Source of the DNA: a virus
Taxonomy: Duplodnaviria > Caudoviricetes
IMG/VR virus record: IMGVR_UViG_3300032227_000893
Coordinates: 3,482 to 67,481 of that record
Length of the DNA: 64,000 nt
Direction: 5' to 3' (one strand)
Shown: positions 38,180 to 48,107 of the stretch, piece by piece
Position numbering within the stretch: the stretch's first letter is position 1
Layout of the letters: every line of letters starts with the position of its first letter
Translations under genes and position numbers: made by a program
The notes under the pieces: model-generated
The model's database searches: none
The model's input: only the letters and a program-made list of their open reading frames with translations
What the model was told of the DNA's origin: nothing

Positions 38180-38490
38180 ACGTAGACGATATTGTTCTTG
38201 AGTGGATCATTACGAACCTTGTTCGGCATTCAGAGAATGACATGATTTTCTCTATTGAATGGAAGTTGAACGCAACTCTAGGCCTTTATGCCACTTCGGC
38301 GGAAGGCACCATTGGACTAAAAGCTTCAGAGCGTCCTATTCCATTTATTGACTTAACTCGCGAACTTGTCATCGAATGGCTACTGGCTGCGCTTGGCGAA
38401 GAGCAGCAGAATGCCATTGAGCAGGGCTTAATTAATACGATTTACGACAATTATCTGGCTCCGTCAACTTATGACGGCATGCCATGGTAG
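38176..38490 (+). CDS. tail fibre-associated small protein
   Basis: W.ITNL.R...IPF.DLT.E.V..W...GMPW; ATGA overlap. Confidence 0.7.
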   Translation: MNVDDIVLEWIITNLVRHSENDMIFSIEWKLNATLGLYATSAEGTIGLKASERPIPFIDLTRELVIEWLLAALGEEQQNAIEQGLINTIYDNYLAPSTYDGMPW

Positions 38491-38550
38491 GCAAGCAGAC
38501 GACACCTGCGGGAATATGCAGTAAGCTGAGCAAGTTGTTTTTCAATCAAA

Positions 38551-38694
38551 ATGGCAGTAAAAAGCAAGGGTGGCAGTGCAGCTCTCAAGCGTTCGCATCA
38601 GCCAGGCCCTCCAAAGCTAACCAAGCAGGGCAATGGGAAGCGCAGCAAGCCTAGCCATGGCAGGAAGCTCCTCAAGGGCCAAGGAAAGTCTTGA
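38551..38694 (+). CDS. 47-aa highly basic peptide (MAVKSKGG...SKPSHGRKLLKGQGKS)
   Basis: Manually translated; resembles small basic cyanophage peptides; below the track cutoff. Confidence 0.7.
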   Translation: MAVKSKGGSAALKRSHQPGPPKLTKQGNGKRSKPSHGRKLLKGQGKS

Positions 38695-38743
38695 CAATGG
38701 CAAGAGGACAGGCTAGTTTCTGGCTGGCCTTTTCTTTTGCCTC

Positions 38744-39019
38744 GTGGCTGCCGACATTAATTGTTATTTCTTTTCCCATCGTTTTTCATCTACACAGGAC
38801 ATTCCTGGGTATTGTGGTTACGAGGAAATTACGCATCAATGCCAGTTGGCTGATGCTCCGGCGCTAGTGCGTTCTTTTGCTCATTTTCTCACTGGTTGCG
38901 GCTTCGCTCCATCGTCTGTTTACAGCGCCATGGAAACCGTTGGAACGGAGTATAATGAAGCATATATAGGCAGGGATAATTTCGATGGGTCAAATCAGCA
39001 GGCAAGGCGAACAGTTTGA
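38744..39019 (+). CDS. hypothetical protein
   Basis: GTG-start ORF after a pyrimidine leader. Confidence 0.55.
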   Translation: MAADINCYFFSHRFSSTQDIPGYCGYEEITHQCQLADAPALVRSFAHFLTGCGFAPSSVYSAMETVGTEYNEAYIGRDNFDGSNQQARRTV

Positions 39020-40211
39020 AACCCACGTAATTGCTGACAAATATGGCAATCTTCTTGATTATGGCGCCGACAGCGGCGTAGTAGATGCATTTGGCAGGCA
39101 GCGTGTAAGCAATCCTTATACGCTGTTTGACAGCACAATGCGCTTTGATAAGCGGCCTGATCAATGGTATGAAATCACGACTGGTGGTGGCAATGTTAAC
39201 TTCCTCACCAACGCAAGCACACTAGAGCTTCGGACTACCACTGCTTCTGGTGACACTGTTCTTCGTCGTACAAAGCAAAGGTTTCCGTATCAACCAGGAA
39301 AAAGCTTAGTTGCTTTGCAAAGTTTTGTTGGGGCACCATTGACTCCTGGTCTCATTCAAGAAGTTGGCTATTTTGACGATAATAATGGAGTGATGGTACG
39401 AGCCAGTGGCACCACTCTTCAGTTTGTCATCAGAAGTTTTACCACTGGCAGCGTGGTGGAAACTGTAGTCAATCAATCCGAATGGAACATTGAAACTTTC
39501 CCCGCTCTCGATTTCAGCAAGGCGCAAATTTTTACTGCTGATTTTGAGTGGTTGGGTGTTGGAAGAGTGCGTTGTGGTTTTGTGATTGATGGTTCCATTG
39601 TGTATTGCCATGAATTTAACCATGCGAATAGACTCAGTAGAGCATACATGCAAACGGCAATCCTCCCATTGTCATATCGAATTTTCAATAGCACTGCTCA
39701 GGCTAGTGGGGCTACTTTTCAACAAATTTGTTGCAGTTTGTTAAGCGAGGGTGGTTACGAGCCGGATGGTGCCACTTATTCTGTTAATCATTCGCTGGCT
39801 AGCATACCAAATGTAAGCGGGGAGCGGGTGACGGCTGGTATTCGCATGGCGAGTGGTCGCACTGGTAACGTTATCTTGCCAGCGAAGATTGACATAGCTT
39901 CTGAAAGCAGTAATGTTGTGGCTTGGAAGCTACGTCTTAATCCCACTCTATCTGGCGTCACTTGGGCTCCGGCGGATAACGGTAGGGGCAATGTAGAGAC
40001 AATCACTACGGCCAGCGCTGTTAGTGGCGGAACCGTTGTAAACACTGGTATCATTTCACAAGGACAGTCGGTCAATCTTAATATTGATACAGCCATCCGC
40101 CTAGCACTTGGCGTGAATGCTTCTGGTGTGAGCGATACCCTTGTGCTCACTGTCAACAGTGAAGTGAACTCTAAGGCCTTGGGACAGCTCGGATGGGTGG
40201 AAATAGTTTAG
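38985..40211 (+). CDS. putative virion structural protein (beta-rich)
   Basis: DAFGRQRVSNPYTLFDS...FPYQPGKS...EWLGVGRVRCG motif. Confidence 0.7.
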   Translation: MGQISRQGEQFETHVIADKYGNLLDYGADSGVVDAFGRQRVSNPYTLFDSTMRFDKRPDQWYEITTGGGNVNFLTNASTLELRTTTASGDTVLRRTKQRFPYQPGKSLVALQSFVGAPLTPGLIQEVGYFDDNNGVMVRASGTTLQFVIRSFTTGSVVETVVNQSEWNIETFPALDFSKAQIFTADFEWLGVGRVRCGFVIDGSIVYCHEFNHANRLSRAYMQTAILPLSYRIFNSTAQASGATFQQICCSLLSEGGYEPDGATYSVNHSLASIPNVSGERVTAGIRMASGRTGNVILPAKIDIASESSNVVAWKLRLNPTLSGVTWAPADNGRGNVETITTASAVSGGTVVNTGIISQGQSVNLNIDTAIRLALGVNASGVSDTLVLTVNSEVNSKALGQLGWVEIV

Positions 40212-40220
40212 ACTGACAAT

Positions 40221-40562
40221 ATGGAACCAGCACGTTACGACATTACAATCCACCAAGGTGCTACCTTTAGCCTTGGCTTGCAATACAGGACTGGCTCTGG
40301 CGTGCCAGTAAACATGAGTGGTTATACAGTGGCAGCTCAGCTATGGAATAGGAATGGCACGGCTAAACTTGCCAATTTTTCCACTTCCTGGACGGATCAG
40401 TCCAGTGGCACTTTCAAATTAATTCTCCAAAGCAGTGTGACATCGGGCATCACGGAACAGGGGCAGTACGACGTGTTAGTTACCGAACCCGATGGAAGTA
40501 AGTCTTATTTGCTGCAAGGTACGTCTTATATTGATCTAGGACTTTCTGGGCGCGGCGTTTAA
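40221..40562 (+). CDS. BppU-N/LtfC-like adaptor domain protein
   Basis: YDITIHQGATF...YDVLVT..G...LLQG pattern. Confidence 0.6.
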   Translation: MEPARYDITIHQGATFSLGLQYRTGSGVPVNMSGYTVAAQLWNRNGTAKLANFSTSWTDQSSGTFKLILQSSVTSGITEQGQYDVLVTEPDGSKSYLLQGTSYIDLGLSGRGV

Positions 40563-40564
40563 CC

Positions 40565-41029
40565 ATGAATGATTTAGTTGTCATCAAGGAAGATGTTCAA
40601 TTATTAGTCGACAATGAAGAACTCCAGCTATTGGTCAGCAGTGACGATGTTCAGTTAGTCATCACTGGCGAAAACGGTCCTCAAGGTGCGTCTGGTGCTC
40701 CAGGACCACCAAAATCCCTGACCATTGCCTACCCAGTGGCAGGAGATAACTTAACGCTGTTCTATACGCAATCCAATACAACCTTGGTGCAGGTGGCGGC
40801 TATCTTGCGAGGCTCAAGCAGTCCGTCTGTCACCTATAGTTTAAGGTATGCTGCCAATCGTTCCAGCGCTGGAACAGCAGCAACGGGGTCAACTACAGTG
40901 AGCAGCACGACCACCGCCGCCATAGCCACCTTGCAGAATATGCCAATTCCAGCCAACAGCTTTCTGTGGCTTGAAATTTCGAGTATTAGCGGCAATCCAA
41001 CTGAACTAAGCATCACTGTTGCCGTGTAG
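40565..41029 (+). CDS. structural protein with short collagen-like GXY run
   Basis: GENGPQGASGAPGPP. Confidence 0.6.
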   Translation: MNDLVVIKEDVQLLVDNEELQLLVSSDDVQLVITGENGPQGASGAPGPPKSLTIAYPVAGDNLTLFYTQSNTTLVQVAAILRGSSSPSVTYSLRYAANRSSAGTAATGSTTVSSTTTAAIATLQNMPIPANSFLWLEISSISGNPTELSITVAV

Positions 41030-41038
41030 TGTTAGAAT
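41030..41038 (+). promoter_or_regulatory. extended -10 promoter (TGTTAGAAT)
   Basis: Near-consensus, 23 nt before ATG 41062. Confidence 0.55.
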
Positions 41039-41061
41039 CTGTCTATTAAACTCAAAGCGTC

Positions 41062-41496
41062 ATGGCCGCATTTAACAAGTTCAACCAGTTTGTTGCTGAT
41101 GTGGCTTCTGGTGTCCACCAGATGCAAACTGGCACCACTCACGTTTACAAGGTGATGCTCACCAATACAGCGCCAAGTGCAGCCAACTCAGTAAAGGCTA
41201 ATATCACCGAAATCAGCGCTGGTAACGGATACACCGCTGGTGGTCCAAGCGTTGGTACAATTACCGGCTCGCAGACATCCGGCACTTTTAAATTTGTGGG
41301 CGGCACAGATCCCGTGGTTACGGCCACTGGAGCCGTTGGCCCCTTCCAATGGGTGGTGCTCTATAACGATACACCCACGTCACCTGCCAAGCCGTTGATT
41401 GGCTACTGGGACTACGGCAGTGCCGTAACGCTAGCAACTGGTGAGACATTCACAGTTGACCTCGACCAGGCTAATGGCATCCTGACCCTTGCTTGA
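41062..41496 (+). CDS. putative structural protein
   Basis: FNKF..F..D...KVMLTN..EI.AGNGYTAGG...LIGYWDYG. Confidence 0.65.
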   Translation: MAAFNKFNQFVADVASGVHQMQTGTTHVYKVMLTNTAPSAANSVKANITEISAGNGYTAGGPSVGTITGSQTSGTFKFVGGTDPVVTATGAVGPFQWVVLYNDTPTSPAKPLIGYWDYGSAVTLATGETFTVDLDQANGILTLA

Positions 41497-41508
41497 TAGG
41501 GGAGCCCA

Positions 41509-43962
41509 ATGGCCACCCTGTACATAGATCCCGATGGTGGTGATGACAACTACGGAGGCACTAGCTTTGCGCTGCTCGCTTCTGGCACCAATGGCCGCAT
41601 TACCAGTACGACCTTTAGTAGCGTTGGTGCATCTTTCCCAAACGACGGATCTTTGATTGGTCAATATCTCAGTATTTTTAACGGCAGCATATTCGCAGTT
41701 TACAGAATTGCGGCGTGGTTATCAACAACTTCGCTAACGCTTGCGGCCATAACCAATGGAACAGCCTTGGCCAACCAAGCCGTAGATCGTCAATATTACA
41801 TTGGCGGTCGATGGGCCACTATGTTGACTGGCGCAACAGCGGTGCGAGTAGAACCTGGCGACACTGTTCGCTTCAAAGCGAGTCCTTATCCCACAAGCCT
41901 GGGAATGAATGGTAAATGGACATCAGGTATCGTGGAAAACACGAAGGTAATATCTGCTGCAACCAATACCACTCCCATACAAATTACTCTTGCGGCACAT
42001 GGGTACAGCACGGGAGACACTATAACTCTTGAGGGTGTTGCGGGAGCAGTTACTGCCAATGGTTTCTGGGAGATCACAGTAATTGATGCAAATACTTTTT
42101 CTCTTGATGGGAGTGTAGCTGCGGGCGTGCGAACTTCGGGAGGGATTACCCGGAGGCGCAATAACTCTGTTGTAATGCTGGATACTGCTGTCACGCAAAA
42201 TATTGCGAGCACTGGGCAACGCACGACAGCATGGACGGCAACCTCCGCAAACGTGACCACTGGGCTGACAACTAATTTTGTCAGAGAGCACTACTACTCG
42301 GATAGTATTTCCATCAATGGCGCGTTTACGACTGGCGTTGCTGCATATTGGCCCACGGGAACACTTAATCTAAGTGGGTATCAGCAGGTTTCTTTTTGGA
42401 TACTGCTACAAAATGGCACTCTACCCCCTCAGGGCTCTCTTAGGCTTCATTTGTGTTCTGACGGTCTCGGTCAAACCCCTGTGAACACTATTTCCATTCC
42501 TGCTTTGGTGGCGCTGACCCGTTGGCAGCCAGTTACTGTAGATCTTGCCACTAACCTAGGTTCAAACATAAACAGCATCGCCCTGTTCGTCAATACTGAC
42601 CTTGGGGCTCAAACTATTATCTTAAGCAATATTATTGCATGTAAGGCAGCTAGCTCCCCTGACTCACTGACTCTCAACAGCCTCATTGGCAAAAATATTA
42701 CAGGCGAGACTTTTTGGAGCATTCAAAATATAAGTGGACGACGAGTTGTCCTTGATTCTGACACCACGCACACCACTGCCAGCACTAACTGGAGGGGGTA
42801 TTTTGGGGCAACTGGAACCGTAACCACGTGGAAGAGAGAAGCTTTTCGGTTTACCCCCGCAGCCCTATCCAACACAGCAGCACTCACTATCCCAGAGGGT
42901 GGTAGTTCCATTGTCTCTCGCATTATTTATAGTGGCGGATGGGATCGCACAAACATGTCGACGCAAGATGGTGTTAGCTGGGTTGACGGTCAAAACGGTA
43001 ATGGCTACGGTATATTTATGTCTGGTTTTAGTTATTTCGACGTTAAACAATTTGCTTTTTCCAGATTTCAAAATGGTTTATATATTCAAAGCTCTAACAA
43101 TATAATTTTTGACATTACAGCCTTAAATAATAACACTAACGGTGTGTTCACTTTTAGCAATTGCTTTGGGCTTGATATGACGGTTGGCCACGTAGCCGGT
43201 TCTTTCAGTAATGGTATTACTTTTAACGCAGCAATCAGCAAGCTATACCTCCAGCACGCAATTGTTAGCATAGGAGGCGCCGCCTTAGACATTAACGTTG
43301 ACTCCTACTCAACGATTAGGGGTTCCGCAACGTTTGTCATGAATAATGTTCAAGGCGTTGGCGCAACCATCAGATCTGTTGGCGGTAAGTTTTACGATTT
43401 GCAATTGCAGGGGGCCACTCAATCCGTTAGTTGCAACGGCATGGTTGAGGCCAGCCTTGTGAACTGCAATCTCGCCAGTGCCACCGAAGTCAATGTTAGT
43501 GGGGGGCAAGGTATCAGGGTTGCATCTCAAGATCACGATCAAACTCCTGGAAATCATAAAATGTTTGGGAACATGGGGAATATTAGCTCGGCTGTGGATG
43601 AACGATATGTGGCAAGTGGTTATAGCTGGAAGCTGCAACCTCTTGATAGCCGGGCCAGTGACTTATCCCCACTAATACTGCCCCTGGCCAAGGTAGCTTG
43701 CGCTGCCAATAGCCTGGTAACGATAACGGCGCAAATGCGTAGAAACAATGCCTTGTTGACAATGCGGTTAATGTGCAAGGGTGGTCAGATTTCAGGGGTT
43801 ACTACTGATGTATCGGCACAAGTATCAACTACTAATGCCTGGGAGCAGGAAACAATTACTTTCACTCCAACGCAAACAGGTGTAGTGGAAATTACTGCTG
43901 AGGCGTGGGGTGGCACCACCCTTTCCGGCTGGGTAGACGCCCTTACCATTGCGCAAGCCTAA
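41509..43962 (+). CDS. large structural/receptor-binding protein with FCCH-like and beta-helix-like regions
   Basis: LYIDPDGGDD; IQITLAAHGYSTGDTI; Asn/Gly-rich repetitive C-terminal half. Confidence 0.7.
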   Translation: MATLYIDPDGGDDNYGGTSFALLASGTNGRITSTTFSSVGASFPNDGSLIGQYLSIFNGSIFAVYRIAAWLSTTSLTLAAITNGTALANQAVDRQYYIGGRWATMLTGATAVRVEPGDTVRFKASPYPTSLGMNGKWTSGIVENTKVISAATNTTPIQITLAAHGYSTGDTITLEGVAGAVTANGFWEITVIDANTFSLDGSVAAGVRTSGGITRRRNNSVVMLDTAVTQNIASTGQRTTAWTATSANVTTGLTTNFVREHYYSDSISINGAFTTGVAAYWPTGTLNLSGYQQVSFWILLQNGTLPPQGSLRLHLCSDGLGQTPVNTISIPALVALTRWQPVTVDLATNLGSNINSIALFVNTDLGAQTIILSNIIACKAASSPDSLTLNSLIGKNITGETFWSIQNISGRRVVLDSDTTHTTASTNWRGYFGATGTVTTWKREAFRFTPAALSNTAALTIPEGGSSIVSRIIYSGGWDRTNMSTQDGVSWVDGQNGNGYGIFMSGFSYFDVKQFAFSRFQNGLYIQSSNNIIFDITALNNNTNGVFTFSNCFGLDMTVGHVAGSFSNGITFNAAISKLYLQHAIVSIGGAALDINVDSYSTIRGSATFVMNNVQGVGATIRSVGGKFYDLQLQGATQSVSCNGMVEASLVNCNLASATEVNVSGGQGIRVASQDHDQTPGNHKMFGNMGNISSAVDERYVASGYSWKLQPLDSRASDLSPLILPLAKVACAANSLVTITAQMRRNNALLTMRLMCKGGQISGVTTDVSAQVSTTNAWEQETITFTPTQTGVVEITAEAWGGTTLSGWVDALTIAQA

Positions 43963-43964
43963 TC

Positions 43965-44159
43965 ATGACTTATCACATTCACGCTGTTGAACAAGACATT
44001 GCTGCCAAATGGTACGCCCGTGTCTGTATCACCGAAGAGAAAGCAGTTTTGTTGAAGTTTCAAAACTATCCAACAATGGAGGAAATTCAAGAGGCCGCTC
44101 AACAGTATGTTGCCTCATTGATGGCAACAGAGGAGGCCACAGATGCCGCTTCCGAGTGA
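43965..44159 (+). CDS. small hypothetical protein (possible fibre chaperone)
   Basis: ATG 43965 two nt after the upstream stop. Confidence 0.55.
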   Translation: MTYHIHAVEQDIAAKWYARVCITEEKAVLLKFQNYPTMEEIQEAAQQYVASLMATEEATDAASE

Positions 44160-46539
44160 CACCAATTTAGAGACACTTGACTACGTCTATCTAGGCCAAC
44201 CATTTGTCAATGTAGAAGCCAAAGCGCTTAATAGCACCACTTTAGATATTGCCTACCTTGGCCAACCTTTTGTCGCCGTTGGCCCAGCAACAGCGCCAAC
44301 GGCTTATGCGATTACCGCAGACAAGGGAACTTTCACCCTTACCGGCGGTGCGGCTAATCTAATCTATACGCCAAATTTAACAAATTACACAATCGCCGCA
44401 AGTGTTGGCACGTTTATATTAACTGGCAATGCAGCCAGCCTCAGTGAAAACCGAAGACTGGCTGCAGAAACAGCAATCTTTGCTCTTGCTGGAAACACTT
44501 CCAATTTAATTTATAGTCGGCGCTTGATTGCCGATAAAGGCACTTTTGCCCTGGTCGGAAATGCTGCCAATCTCAACGGTAGCTTCAAGATAACAGCAAG
44601 CCAAGGTAATTTTGCCCTGGTTGGAAATGCTGCCAATCTCAACAAAGGTCGACGCCTGGCTGCGGAAGCGGGCGTCTTTACTTTTACTGGAAGCGCGTCT
44701 AATTTAATTTACGGCAGGCGGTTAATCGCAAGCAAAGCAACTTTTGCGCTCACTGGCAACGTTGCTAACTTGAATCGCAATTATCGTTTAATTGCCGCAA
44801 GTGGTTCTTTTGTCGAGATAGGCAATGATGCCGGGCTCAGGCGAGCACGTCGTTTAATTAGCGCTACCGGCAGTTTTGCGATAACAGGCATCACTGCAAC
44901 ACTAAGAGCCACACGTTATTTGTCTGGCGGTAGTGGGTCTTTTATCGAGACCGGCCAAGCTGCGTCGCTGGCCAAGGGCCCGCGTTTAGTCGCTGGCGTT
45001 GGCATATTCAGTGAAACTGGCAGGGCTGCCTTCTTTATCCGCACTAGTGTTATTGGTGCAGTTACTGGCAGTTTTACTGTCAGCAGCACTGGAGCAGGAT
45101 TTAATAATCAAAAGCGTATATTTGGTGCAAATGGTTCTCTCGTCTTAACGGGAAATGCCGCTAATTTAAATCATGGCCAACGATTAATTGCAGACAAAGC
45201 AACCTTTTCTGCTGCCGGGAGTTCAGCAAATCTAACCCGTGGCTTAAGACTTGTCGCCTCCAATGGCATCTTTGCCTTGACAGCCAACGCTGCTGATTTC
45301 AAGCGCAATGCGATTCTTTCTGCTGCCCCAGGCACATTTTTGCTAACGGGTAATCCTGTCACTTTCAATGGACAGCGCAATATCCTCGCGGCCGCTGGTA
45401 CTTTTGCCGTTACTGGCAGCGCTGCAACACTTCGCTCAACCCATCGCCTCGTTGCGGAAACTGGAGCATTTTCTGAAACAGGCAACGCTGCCGCGTTAAA
45501 AATAAACCGAAGAGTAAGTGCTGCGTCCAGCAATTATACACTTGCAGGTAACGCAGTAAATCTAAACCGTGATTTAAAACTTGTCGCTTCTGCTGGCGTC
45601 TTTGCCTTGACGGGCAATGCTGTTGATCCCAAGCATGATGCCATTCTTTCCGCCGATCCCGGAACGCTCGCACTTACAGGTAATTCTGTCACCTTCAATG
45701 GGCAACGCAATATTTTGGCGGGTGCTGGCGCCTTTACCGTTGCTGGCAGTGCTGTAATATTTCGCATTACCCGTCGCCTCGTTGCAGAGACTGGAGTATT
45801 CTCCGAGACAGGCAACGCTGCCGCGTTAAGAGTAGATCGAAGAGTAATTGCCGCATCTAATAATTATACGCTTGTTGGCAATGCTGCCACTTTTGCTATT
45901 GCCACGCCATTCCGAACACTGACTGCGAGCGTGGGAACGTTTGCTCTTGTTGGCAGGGCTGCAATACTTCTCCGGGGGCATCGCCTTGCTTGCGAACCTG
46001 GCACTTTTAACGAGACAGGTAGAGCTGCAACCTTCAGGGTAAATAGAAGCATTATTGCGGCTACTGGCTCTTTTGCAGTTAATGGCAACGATGCAAACCT
46101 AATCAAAAACGTTCCATTTAGAACGCTTACCGCAGTTGCGGGAACATTTGCCCTCACCGGCAAGGCGGCTGGATTGCTTAAAGGTTGCACTTTAATTGCA
46201 AACACCAAAGTTTATGCATTAAGTGGCAATGCTGCAACCTTTAGACATACGCGAATGTTGACGACGGAAAGAGGTGTTTTCTCCGTCACCGGCAATCCAT
46301 TCAACCTGCTTGCCACCCGACTTTCCGCTTCAAATGCTGGTGTCTTTACGCTTACCGGGCAAGAAATTGGCCTAAGAAAGCAACAGCAAATCATCGCAAC
46401 CGTTGGAAGTTTTACTCTTGTAGGCAATGGCGTTATGTTGCTTGGTTCTAATAAGCTTCAATCCGTTGCTGGCGAATTTCTTGTGGTCGGCAGTGATGCA
46501 CGCACGTTCAAAACACGTCGGCGAATTATTAATTTTTAG
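44143..46539 (+). CDS. 22-aa tandem-repeat fibre/solenoid protein
   Basis: About 30+ units of R.L.A..G.F.(L/E)TGNAA.L. Confidence 0.8.
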   Translation: MPLPSDTNLETLDYVYLGQPFVNVEAKALNSTTLDIAYLGQPFVAVGPATAPTAYAITADKGTFTLTGGAANLIYTPNLTNYTIAASVGTFILTGNAASLSENRRLAAETAIFALAGNTSNLIYSRRLIADKGTFALVGNAANLNGSFKITASQGNFALVGNAANLNKGRRLAAEAGVFTFTGSASNLIYGRRLIASKATFALTGNVANLNRNYRLIAASGSFVEIGNDAGLRRARRLISATGSFAITGITATLRATRYLSGGSGSFIETGQAASLAKGPRLVAGVGIFSETGRAAFFIRTSVIGAVTGSFTVSSTGAGFNNQKRIFGANGSLVLTGNAANLNHGQRLIADKATFSAAGSSANLTRGLRLVASNGIFALTANAADFKRNAILSAAPGTFLLTGNPVTFNGQRNILAAAGTFAVTGSAATLRSTHRLVAETGAFSETGNAAALKINRRVSAASSNYTLAGNAVNLNRDLKLVASAGVFALTGNAVDPKHDAILSADPGTLALTGNSVTFNGQRNILAGAGAFTVAGSAVIFRITRRLVAETGVFSETGNAAALRVDRRVIAASNNYTLVGNAATFAIATPFRTLTASVGTFALVGRAAILLRGHRLACEPGTFNETGRAATFRVNRSIIAATGSFAVNGNDANLIKNVPFRTLTAVAGTFALTGKAAGLLKGCTLIANTKVYALSGNAATFRHTRMLTTERGVFSVTGNPFNLLATRLSASNAGVFTLTGQEIGLRKQQQIIATVGSFTLVGNGVMLLGSNKLQSVAGEFLVVGSDARTFKTRRRIINF
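45244..45900 (+). repeat. 330-nt (5-unit) higher-order tandem duplication inside the repeat protein
   Basis: ttaagacttgtcgc at 45244 and ttaaaacttgtcgc at 45574 start two collinear similar blocks. Confidence 0.7.
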
Positions 46540-46567
46540 CGCATTGCGAGAGGGCGGAGGCTAACGG

Positions 46568-46576
46568 TGCTATAGT
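46568..46576 (+). promoter_or_regulatory. extended -10 promoter (TGCTATAGT)
   Basis: 16 nt before ATG 46593. Confidence 0.5.
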
Positions 46577-46592
46577 GCCAGTCTTGCCAGGG

Positions 46593-46943
46593 ATGTCAAT
46601 GCAAGACTTTTTAAACAGTCCAGAGATGAGGGCTTTTCGCGAAGCGTGGCACCATGCTGATTTGATTCAGTCTGCCGAAGACGACGCCTGGTGGGACAGT
46701 CTTTCAATGGATGAGAGGGCGCAGGCGTTTCGTCAGATCTGCAAGTTAATTTACAAGGCTGACGTAAAAGACAAAGGTAGCTACCGCTACGCAATGTACG
46801 ATATTTTCAACATTGACTATGGCGATGGTCTAAATCACTACATGCATTTGCATAATCTAATTAGTCGTGGTATTGATGATGAGCAAGGGGCGTTTGTTGA
46901 GCCCGCTGATGACAGTTCAAATGATACAATCGTCCAGTCATGA
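46593..46943 (+). CDS. hypothetical protein
   Basis: Own promoter; plausible composition. Confidence 0.6.
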   Translation: MSMQDFLNSPEMRAFREAWHHADLIQSAEDDAWWDSLSMDERAQAFRQICKLIYKADVKDKGSYRYAMYDIFNIDYGDGLNHYMHLHNLISRGIDDEQGAFVEPADDSSNDTIVQS

Positions 46944-46986
46944 AAATGCCAGTGGTGAGCATAAATAGGCCAACGACAATTTCCAT
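46861..46986 (-). CDS. 41-aa single-TM peptide
   Basis: MEIVVGLFMLTTGIFMTG...; overlaps the 3' end of the + strand gene. Confidence 0.35.
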   Translation of the reverse strand: MEIVVGLFMLTTGIFMTGRLYHLNCHQRAQQTPLAHHQYHD

Positions 46987-47005
46987 GACCAATAAGAATC
47001 TCGCT

Positions 47006-47404
47006 CTATTGTAGCTCGTCAAACTTGTAGGTGATCCTCATTTCGCCACCTAATGCCTTCACTTCATTACTGGCGTCTTCTGCTGCCTCCTGCTGGATCA
47101 GTACCGAAGGAACAACGGCGTCGGGCAATGGGGTGACGATGGCATGTGGATAAAGTTGCTTGGCTTGCTCGACTAATGTTGCAGCATTCTCAATGCGCTC
47201 CTCTTTCTCCCATTGCTCCACAATTTTGACAGTTTGCCTGTCAACATCCTTCATGATTTGCCGTGTTTTCCATTCAGTCCAATCAGGACGGCACCAAACA
47301 ATAAGCCTGGAGAGCCAGGGGTTAAAGGCCATTGAAGGACGCATTAGCACCAACCAAATTGCCAGCTCATAAAGCAGAGCATTGATCAGTGCTGATAGCG
47401 TCAT
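47006..47404 (-). CDS. N-terminally hydrophobic protein in the lysis cassette
   Basis: ATGA overlap with the endolysin. Confidence 0.6.
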   Translation of the reverse strand: MTLSALINALLYELAIWLVLMRPSMAFNPWLSRLIVWCRPDWTEWKTRQIMKDVDRQTVKIVEQWEKEERIENAATLVEQAKQLYPHAIVTPLPDAVVPSVLIQQEAAEDASNEVKALGGEMRITYKFDELQ

Positions 47405-48093
47405 GGTTTGACCAGTACAGCCCAGCCAGAATTGGGCCCCTCAACAGTCCAGCGGGGAGCCCAATATTTCTTCCCATAGTAAACACATTTGCCGCCTTCG
47501 CCACTGATGTATCCACCATGAATCACGTCTGCTGTGCCATACGGGTCGTTGTGAACGATGGAAAGCGCATCAAAGCCCACTGCCACGCTCCAGTGACCGC
47601 CTCCAGAGGGGGCTTTATAGCTCCCATGATGCAACCATCCAACCAGCACTGGACGACCCTCTTTCAGCTCCTTTTCAAGGGCTTCTAGGCCCATGTTTTG
47701 CTTGAATTCCGCCTGGAGTCCCAGGTGTTGCAAAGCCTTTAGTTGAGCGCTGGAATCAGTGGTGTCCCCGTAACGAGCGCGAATGCTGTTGTACTCGTCA
47801 TCACTGCCCACTTTTCCATAGAACTTTGCGACCATGGCGGAGCTGCTGCTAAAGCATTCACGACCGCCAGAGCCACTTTTGTTGTCACGCTGCCATTCGT
47901 AGGGTACGGACAGGATCGGAGATTTTTGCTTTCCATTCTGACTCCAAACCTTAAACCATTCGTTATTTTTGCTCATCAATTCAGGAGCAGTCTTCATGAG
48001 CTGCTCTTCAAGCAATTGCACGGCAGCACTTTGATACGGCAGTCCTTGCTTGTAATATTTGAACAAATCAGAAAGGCGAACGGAGCCAGACAT
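47401..48093 (-). CDS. C39-like cysteine peptidase, probable endolysin
   Basis: PYEWQRDN, ECFSSSSAM, GGGHWSVAVG, HNDPYG. Confidence 0.8.
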   Translation of the reverse strand: MSGSVRLSDLFKYYKQGLPYQSAAVQLLEEQLMKTAPELMSKNNEWFKVWSQNGKQKSPILSVPYEWQRDNKSGSGGRECFSSSSAMVAKFYGKVGSDDEYNSIRARYGDTTDSSAQLKALQHLGLQAEFKQNMGLEALEKELKEGRPVLVGWLHHGSYKAPSGGGHWSVAVGFDALSIVHNDPYGTADVIHGGYISGEGGKCVYYGKKYWAPRWTVEGPNSGWAVLVKP

Positions 48094-48107
48094 GCCTACC
48101 TCCTCTC

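Noticed and set aside
38682-38694. GGA AAG TCT TGA ending of the basic peptide resembles the 15146 site
   Set aside because: Heptamer is A GGA AAG (not XXX YYY Z), and the -1 frame product is not protein-like
36449-46539. Diversity-generating retroelement or invertase system acting on fibres
   Set aside because: No reverse transcriptase or recombinase gene, and no TR/VR pair with adenine-specific differences was seen
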